NCBI GenBank assembly: GCA_012295275.1
Contig: CM022671.1
Coordinates: 13,082,001 to 13,146,000 of the forward strand
Length of the DNA stretch: 64,000 bases
DNA from: Chrysomallon squamiferum
Taxonomy: Eukaryota; Animalia; Mollusca
Reading direction: 5' to 3'
The notes beneath the pieces are model-generated. The model did not search any database. It had not been told where the DNA came from and saw only the letters and a list, made by a program, of their open reading frames with translations. Each line of letters starts with the position of its first letter. Position 1 is the stretch's first letter. Both the position numbers and the translations under genes were made by a program. This document shows positions 55,343-64,000 of the stretch, piece by piece.

Positions 55343-56369
55343 CACACACACACACACACACACACCTGTGTGTAGGTATATGTGTTATTCTTTGTTTAGC
55401 TATTATGGCTGGATAAGTAATGTTGGGATCTTTTATATTTTACAATAGAACTCATCAGATATTTCTATAAATTTTAAAATTCACTGACCTTTCATATTCA
55501 TTTGACTAGATGGATAGGCAGGCATGCTCCAACTTTATAACACTTAAATAAATAAAAAAAATTATACTTACTGGTTATAAAATAGAATAATAATAATCAT
55601 GTCATTTATGAATAATATTCTAAATGTGTTATTCATAATGTGTACAAATCTTAGAATTAAAATAAAATAATATTATGTTTTTTATTAATTTTATGCAGAG
55701 GTAACAATGTTTATTAATACAGTTTCCTCATTAAAAATATAGCTGTCCATGTGATCTGTACATCCATATAAAACTAAAAATGAAAGTAAACAATACTGTG
55801 TTACTTAGTAATTTTTCTGGCTTTGACAAACTATTATGTCCCATGGTGAATGAGTGACTGGCATCATGACATGTTACACCCACACAAAACCATGAAACAA
55901 AGTTACATAAGCCCATTATGGTAAGCTTAATAATGACAAACTTTAATTCTGCTCTAATATCTAATCCAGTGGGTTAAAAGAAATCCATGTGACATTCACA
56001 GTTCTATTAACATGGTCACTGGTTTTTATCTAAATAGCATATGTGCAAATAAATTTTATGCCTAGTTGAGTTTGACTGAATGATAGTGTATTAAATTACC
56101 ACTGTGACTCACTCAACTATGTCCCTCTGGTAACAATGTACATAGCTCCATTCTTTAATCATAACTTGAAAAAAAGAATGAAAAAGAATAACTTCTATTA
56201 TCAAATTGAGCCCAGAGTATATTAAAGAAAATTTAATTTGGCTAGTATTGTCATAGAGTTGTGCTATGTTAGGGGCAGAAGTAGAGGTTCTGAATGTTTA
56301 GTTTAAGGAGACAGATTTTAAACATTTAAAAATTAAATTGTTTTGTTTTTCTTGTTATTGTTATCATAA

Positions 56370-56487
56370 TTGTGATTACAGTGATTATCATCATCATCAT
56401 CAGTATCATTATAATGATAATGATGATGATGATGATGATAGTGATGATGATGATGTTAGTAATGATCATCATTATTATTATTGTTAT
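56370..56487. repeat. Compound (ATC)/(ATG)/(ATT) trinucleotide repeat
   Basis: Seen directly; explains the poly-M/poly-I ORFs at 56326-56754. Confidence 0.9.
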
Positions 56488-59400
56488 TGAAATATATTTC
56501 ATAAACATTACAGACTGTTTTGAATGGTGGATAATAATCAAATTCTTTCTAATGTAGAAAAGATGATGTATGAATTCTTCCTCTTTTGTCAGATTAAAGT
56601 ATACCAGTAAAATTAATTTATATACACATGTAATTAACATGTTATAATTGAAAATAAACCCTTTCTTTAATGTCTGGGTATAACTATTAAAATTATTTTC
56701 ATCAACGATAATCATAATTATATTATCTTTATAATTATATTTATCATATACCACATTATGGGGTTTTAAGCTTTTTTCTATTTCTTTTTTTCTTCTGTTT
56801 CATTATTATTATTTATATATTTTTTAATTATTCTGTTTTTTGTTATTTTTTTTTTTTAGTTCCTTTAGGTTTGTGTTTTGCCTTTTGTTTACCAGTCTAC
56901 TGATAATTCTTGTTTCAGTGCCATTGCAAAGTTTCTGTGACTACAGTTAAAGAAGACAAACAAAGACATCACTCACAAACCACATATGAGTATTTTATGC
57001 AATATGCCAATAACTACAGTGTGGCTTGTGAAATTAATAACCCAAATGCCTGAACAGTCACATTGGCCCTTTAATACAAACAAAATTTGTTTTCCTTGCT
57101 AAGCCAGAGAAAGATAGTGTTATGTTTACAATGGTCTTTGATCAGAATTAATTTACTCATTAGCACTTTGAGTCTGAGTGGGTCAGTCAGATTGTGAAAT
57201 CAAATGCCACTGAGGAGGAGGAGTCAAAGTAAATCAGTTTTTGCAGGACATTTACATGGCCTGATATAGAGAAAGAATTAACATTTAATTTTGTTAGCAC
57301 TGGTGTATTGTTAGGTGGGATGCTGTCTCACATGCTGATTTCTATCACATATGTGAAAGTTATGGTTTAATTTCATATGGTTAAATATAGAGAAAATGTG
57401 TAAAAATGTTAAAAGTTTTTATTTTTTAATGTTCCAACTACTTTCAATAAATTAACGGAACTTTTTTAAAAACCAATAAAGCCAGTGTCATATAAGGGTG
57501 TTTTATTATTATTATTTTTTTCTTTAGTTTTAAATATTATGCATGTTTGTAGGCACTTTTCAAGTGTTGAAAATCATTATAAATGTGTTATTAAAAACTT
57601 TTTTTTTCACCTTCTGATTTTCATTTTATATTATTTTATCTGGGGGTTTTTGTTATTATTTTATAGTTGTTGCTGTTGTTTGTCTAACTTACACAAAAAT
57701 ATATAAATTGTAAGTATTTATGCATATTTTTTCATGACATATTCACTAAAATTTTACTTTTACTATTTCTTTTATTTCATTCTTTATATAACTTTTTGTT
57801 TTTGCTTTATTTTGCTGACACATTTTCCAGTATAAAAATGATGATCTGTATTACATAGATTCTAAGTACAAGAAAAGGATTTTAGAGTTTAAAAACAGCA
57901 ACCCATATAACACCAATAAAAATCAATGATTCTGCAAATGAACAGAGTAATATTCATGGAATTATGCTGTTCAGATAATGATACTGGCAAACTAGTTTTT
58001 GTAAGACTTGCAACATGTTGCAGTATCACTTTTCAGAACATGAATACCATGACCACATTGGATATTTTTACCAGAATAACTCATGCATCTGTTGCATATG
58101 TTGTGTGGAAGAGTGGCAGTGGAGGAGTTTTGACTGGCCAAATAGACAGACAGCACTTTGTGTTGTAGTCTGTAGCCAGCCAGGCAGTAACACAAACTGA
58201 GACTACACTACCACACCTGTGTCTTATGCACCTGAATAATTATTTTCTATGCTAGATATTCACAGAAAACTAAAAAAGCAAGCAAGCAAACAAACAAATG
58301 ACATAGACTTTTTTCTTAAGACCTGTTTGTTTCTCATCGTCTACCTTCCCATTTTTATGTGTTACTATAGCAACAGATTCTGATAAGTTTAGAGGTGGGT
58401 TTTTTTGTACAAGTGTAATTGTTTTTAGAGGGAAAAACTTCTGCCGTATCTGGTGGAATTGAACAGTCTTCTTCGTGGCATTGCATGCACTTTCATATGG
58501 CCAGCATTACTTCTTTCTTCTAAATATTCCATCCAGCAGAAATAATAGACACCCAGACAGACCTCTTCATGACTTGTTTATCAGTTTTTACTCTATTTTC
58601 TCTACAATAAGAATATAAAAATTACATGTAATAGAAAGTTACTTGCAGTTTGACTCAAGTATTATTATTATTATTATGTATACCAGAAACTTGTTTTTCC
58701 CCTCTATAGTTTGGCTTCATCATTATTTGATCATTATATCAGCACCTGTATTATTTACATTAGCTGTGCATATTGCTGTGTTATTATTGGCAATTTTATT
58801 ATCTTTATGGGTACTGGTCTTCAAACTGACTACTGTTGACAGTTCAGTGACCAAGTATTTTAAGAATATTTTGCCAATAACAGTGGGAGCCTTTTTAATT
58901 CTGGATTATTTCCAATAAATAGCAAAAATTTCTGTGATTTTCCAGTGATCTCTGAGAAATATCTGCAGGTTTTCTCTGGTATTTGCTGATTTTTTTTATT
59001 AGAGGCAGTAGACTCATTATGACTGCAGGGTTATATATCATTTTTATGTCATTGTGTCAGTAACCTGAGGGCAAGGTTTGAGCACAGGTGATAATATGTG
59101 TGGCTACATTGCAGCATTATAGAGTTAATTACTTACAGAAACAATGGTTGCTATTGAATATTCATCCAAGAGTGCAGTGTTTTAATAGCAGATTGACAAA
59201 CTGTTGTTATTGTTTGTTTTTTGCTGGGATAAAACTCATTTCCATTAACAGAGCTAGCTAAATGCTGGAGATTTGCAACTATCAAAGATTTATTCTGCTT
59301 TGACAATAAGTTCACAGCTTCTTAATTATTTTGTATCTCACTTTCTTAATTCTGTTTTGTTTACAACTCGACTGGGACATAAAATTAAAAACAAACAAAA

Positions 59401-59558
59401 AACAACATTAAAGTACTGTTTATTTTTCAAAAATATTTTAAATCAAAACACTGGCTTTGTTTATTATGGTAGAATATCCATCTATGAGATACATCAAACA
59501 GACTGATATCTACCTTTAACCAGTTGGCCAGGTAGCAAAGCATGGCCTTTTGACCTCT

Positions 59559-59577
59559 TGCACTGCCATCTAGTGAG
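59559..59577 (-). promoter_or_regulatory. CTCF-like binding motif
   Basis: Minus strand ctcactagatggcagtgca matches the bilaterian CTCF core CCACYAGRKGGCRS apart from the first C. It lies in a locally GC-richer patch. Confidence 0.5.
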
Positions 59578-60269
59578 AGGTCACAGAGTTAGTGGTTTTA
59601 CTGAAGGTTTTTGCCTATGTTTGCCATGTGCAGGTTGAGCGAGTAAGGGAGAGACAAGCAGAAAGGGGAATGTCTGTTTAGCTATACAGAGTTCATATCT
59701 GTCTGATAACTAACCAGCCCAGAGACCAACACCAACCTCTGCTATCAGATGACGGCATTTGCATAAAGTTTTTACCCAGCATCCTTGCTACTTTACTCTG
59801 CCTCTAACTGTAAATTATATTCCAATGAGAACTAAAGGAAACCAGCTTCCAGTGTGCCAAAACTTTTCAACTGAGATAAAAAAAGATAAGTTTTAAGGAT
59901 ATTATCTTAAGTTGGATTCCTGTACATTTTACCTGCAGTTTGAAAGTTTGTGAAGAATATACAAATTTTGTTGTTAACATGTCACTTTGGAGCAAAGAGT
60001 GTTTCTTTACTGGATTAGAAAATTGAAGTATTTCTGGCTTTATTTACCTGGGTTTTTTGGTTGTTTTTTTCATACTTCTCAGTCACACTTGAATTGATTG
60101 TGGAAACATAATTTTGTCCCCCTCTCTCTCTCTCTCTTTGTCTTTGTTGTGTGAAAATGGTGGAATATTTTTCATTTGTTAAATACAAGACAGAGCTTTT
60201 TGGATAACATGTTCTGTGGTCTCAATGACTAAAGAGATATGTCTTAAACAAGATCATTTCTCTGTTCAG

Positions 60270-60321
60270 GATTTACAACTTTGGTCTTCAGTACCTTGGA
60301 ATGGATTTTATGATTCTAAAA
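60270..60321 (+). other. Candidate 52-nt exon of an unidentified host transcript
   Basis: catttctctgttcag| ... ctaaaa|gtgagt: good acceptor and donor; two frames open (DLQLWSSVPWNGFYDSK or IYNFGLQYLGMDFMILK). No homology recognised. Confidence 0.25.
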
Positions 60322-63300
60322 GTGAGTTTTTAAAAGTATTTGTTTTCACCTGTCATGTTATTATTATTATGTTATCTGTATGTATTTTTTAAAATATTAA
60401 TTTTACTGTTACTGTAATTGTTATTATTATTCTGGTTGTTTGTTATTGTTACTAAAATTAGTGTTATTATGTTATTATTATTGATTTTTAATTTTATAAA
60501 CATTTTATTTTTTTCTATAAATATAGATAACTATTTTGATTTAATGACAGTAATAAATAAATATATGTAAAGTTATGTAAAGATGTTTTTCAAGAAAAAG
60601 TTTCTGATTACTGTTAAACTAAACAGTTTATTTTTGAGATGCCTGCAAACTGACCTTACTGTTTGTCAAGTTAATATAGTCCAGAAAAAACTCTAGATAA
60701 TTAACAAATAAACTTGACAGAAGATGAAAAAAAAATATGTTTCTCTTAAAACTAATGTATTTAAATACCGTTCAGCTGAAATTTGATTGTAACATCATCA
60801 GAAGGTTCCATATGTAAAATAAAAAACAAGGATTTTCTTTCTTTTTTTTAAACTTTTGTTTTTAACATGATTATAACATTATATTCTATTTTTCAAGGTA
60901 TAATACATCACTGATAAAGATTTAGCCACTGTTAATCATATGTGTTTGGATTAGCTTTTAACCATAATATGTCAGTAATACATATTTTACTATTGACCAT
61001 CGTATATATTTATATTTCTTTTTAAATATAAAGTAAAAAAAGTGATGGGTATTTAACAAAAAGATTTCCTATGTAAACTCTTACTCATCAAATTTGGTTT
61101 TCTTTTCTAACTTTAAGATTAATCTACAACCATGTTTTGTTTACTGGGAGATTAACATAATTAATTATTTGGCATGTCAGTTGTATTTGGTACATGGGTG
61201 TGAAGTAATGCACAGGTTATATCCCTGACAAAGCTGCTTCTGTTTATCAATTATTCTTAGAAATATATTATCCTCTCTTTCTTAAATACAGGTAATCTTA
61301 ATTAGACAGAAATTATCATTTAAAGCAGTCTTTATCTGTTGCGAACTTACAGAATTTGTTTAATTGGTTAAGATACATTAACAAATTCTGAAATAAAGCA
61401 CATTATCAAACTATTACTCGACTGAAAGGTATTAAATGTGTAATTAAATTAAAAGTAATATCAGTTTTTATTATCATGTGTTACTTGCATCCATGATTCA
61501 TAATTGTCTGCACACCTTAAATTATAAATTATCTTATTCTTGTCACTGTCATTTTTTCGGTCCTCCTGTCTTTTCAGTTATCTCCCTAAAACATTTAAAT
61601 AAAAATGTAATGCCTATCTACATAACAAAATCAGTAACCACAAACATTTAATTGTTCTCATCAGTTTCATGCACTAAGAAATTATGGAGATACCTTTTTT
61701 TTTTTGCATTTCGACTTTACCTTTGATTCATTCATATTTTGCATCTTGGCTGCAGTCAGGAAAGTTGATGTGAAAAAAAAAAGGGGATTTGTAATAAAAA
61801 AGAAAAGACATGTCAGAGTAATTTATAAAGTTGTTTTTTCAGGACATGATTTCTGTGTCCTTTCTTTTGTGTTGAGAATGTTACATTGTTATTAATTTTA
61901 TCAACTTTAATAAATATATTTACTGCACATTGCACTCACTAGCCTTTCATTTTGATATTCCATTAAACTAACATATTTTGGAGTTGTTCTGTTTAGCATT
62001 ATAGCCAGTGTCACATCACTACTTTATCAAAGGACATGGTATGTTTATTCCTGTCTTTTAAAGTGTCACTTTTGCTAGATAGAAGGAATAGTCCAAGGTA
62101 TGGTAAAATATATTTATTTTAACATCATGGAATTCTAGAACACAAAACAAAAGTAAAATAAATTACAAAACAGTGAGTAAATTCACTGCAATTAATAATT
62201 TTAGAAATACATTTCTGAAGTAATTTTAACAATGTTAACCTGTTTTAATTACTCTTTTCTAATATATATATATGAGAGAGAGAGAGAGATGTTGATGCTT
62301 GATATTTTTATGTTTTTCATTTTTAAGATGCATATGATCAAACTAGAATCTCACAAACACACACACACACATATTACAAGCCAACAACAAATTGCATTTG
62401 TCTTCACATTCTAAATGTTTATTTAGATTTTCCTCTGTTTTTCTACTATGCATTACAAGATAATTTTTCTTCATCATCTTATTTTTATTAACACTGCTGT
62501 GATTTTAGCTTGTTAATAATAATTAACCTCTAGCTGTCCTAGTGGTATTGCAAATTTAAGGAGAAGAAAATGAGACTGAAAATGTATGGAATTCCTCACC
62601 AAGCTTTTCTTGATGGCTCAGCTTTGCCGTTGGGAATGCTACCAAGCTCTCTTTCTTGTTCAGCTCTTGCACAGAGATAAATTTATAAATTCACCATAGG
62701 TTTGCAATCAACAGTGAAGTTGAAGCAGGATGGGCAAATTCTGAAGATTATGGACAGGTTCCTTAGAAGTGGATATGTAGACAAGCAACTGTTTGGTTTG
62801 TTCATTTTGACAGTCAGCAACAGAAAATGTTCTGACTCCAGAATGTTTCCAGAAAGGGAATACATGTGCATAGTATTAACTTTTATGAGTTATAAATAGA
62901 AGAATATGACCCTGGGCATGGTAACATCTCACCTGGATTGTTCTCTCAGATAAATGATTACCCACCCCATAGAGAATTTTAATATTGTAATTATATGTAG
63001 ATTTCAAAAACTGAGTACATAATGACAGATATGTTTTTTAAATCACCACTTGATCATGTAAGAGGTGTATAGTCATCATGAGTTTTATCTGACTTGTAAC
63101 AACATTCTTACAAATGAGAATCTAAGTATGTCCATATACATAATATTATTTTTATTAACATTTAAAACATTATTTTTAATAATTGGTATCCATTTAATGA
63201 ATGGACCAATCTGGATAATTCTAATGCTGTTTTACTAATTAAGTGGCCAGACTTTTATAAATTTAGGAAGAATACTATCATAATGATAAAAGCTAGTTGA

Positions 63301-64000
63301 CAGAGTTTGTGCTGTGTTGCTGTCTTAGTAAGTAATTATGTTAGTGGAAGAAAAATCAATATACCATATCCCATACCTTTAGTTGCACGGACAAAATATA
63401 AATATTCTTGTAATGGAACTTAACTCCTCAATATGGTATCAAAGATCCGTTTCAGCTAACCAATACGAATAGCACAAGTTATGATAGCAGCATGTTTTAA
63501 TCTCTCATAATCTTCATCTTGTTTCATTTTTGCTTAAATTTAGTTATGGCCATACAAGTACGTTTTTCTTTGGAAAACACTCTCAAACCTACTTATGTTC
63601 TATATGATGTGGGTACACTGGACCACTTCAAATATGATAAACACTCAGGTAATATAAAGTGAAATTTATTCCAAGTTTAAAAGATATTTTAAAAACATCT
63701 TCATAAATCAGATATTTATCAAAGGTTCAAAAACAAATTCTAGCAGTTTCACCTTAAATGGGGAAATAAACAAAACTCATGGTCTAGGGGTCTGAACATT
63801 ATTGCAGTGTCAATATAATACAGCACCTTTATACTTGACCTGCTGTCTCTTGTATATAATTTCACACTATCTGAGTTAGAATTAAAATAATACATATATA
63901 AAGTGATAGCAACTGCTTATAATGTGTTTATTGTTGTTTAGAAATAAATGGCACCAATTAAACCTGTTTTTTATTATGAATAATTGGGTATGTTTTAAGA

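Noticed and set aside
57900-59000. Further decayed coding blocks
   Set aside because: Coding-like composition, but no frame gives a motif I can assign.
602-62899. The short ORFs in the supplied track as real genes
   Set aside because: They are 60-140 aa, low-complexity (I/F/L/K/Y-rich or microsatellite-derived) and often use non-ATG starts. Only those overlapping transposase relics carry recognisable motifs.
62570-62950. LTR-retrotransposon RNase H relic (FTVDCKPMV)
   Set aside because: Single weak motif; no RT or integrase motifs and no LTRs nearby.

Overview
This is eukaryotic, very AT-rich and strongly CpG-depleted non-coding DNA, dense in (CA)n and (AAT)n microsatellites. It looks like an invertebrate animal (mollusc/cephalopod-like) intron or intergenic region, but the taxon cannot be proven from the sequence. 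I find no intact protein-coding gene, rRNA, tRNA or CRISPR array, and almost all listed ORFs are spurious. The window is a graveyard of DNA transposons. Clearly recognisable relics are hAT/SPIN-like (16.6-17.7 kb), piggyBac (35.5-36.4 kb) and Tigger/pogo (46.4-46.8 kb), plus several TIR-bounded MITEs. Three copies of a 1.5-1.8 kb MULE-like non-autonomous element are present, two of them 25 bp apart forming a ~3.2 kb fold-back. Reading across frameshifts on the minus strand also suggests three decayed, intron-split transposon genes of rarer types: a Chapaev/RAG1-N-terminus-like gene (7.1-23.0 kb), a Pif1-helicase (Helitron-type) gene (25.0-27.5 kb) and a CxC5/CxC6 KDZ transposase (43.9-46.1 kb). 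These three calls rest on by-eye comparison with remembered family consensus motifs and need HMM confirmation. A CTCF-like motif inside a hairpin lies at 59.55 kb.
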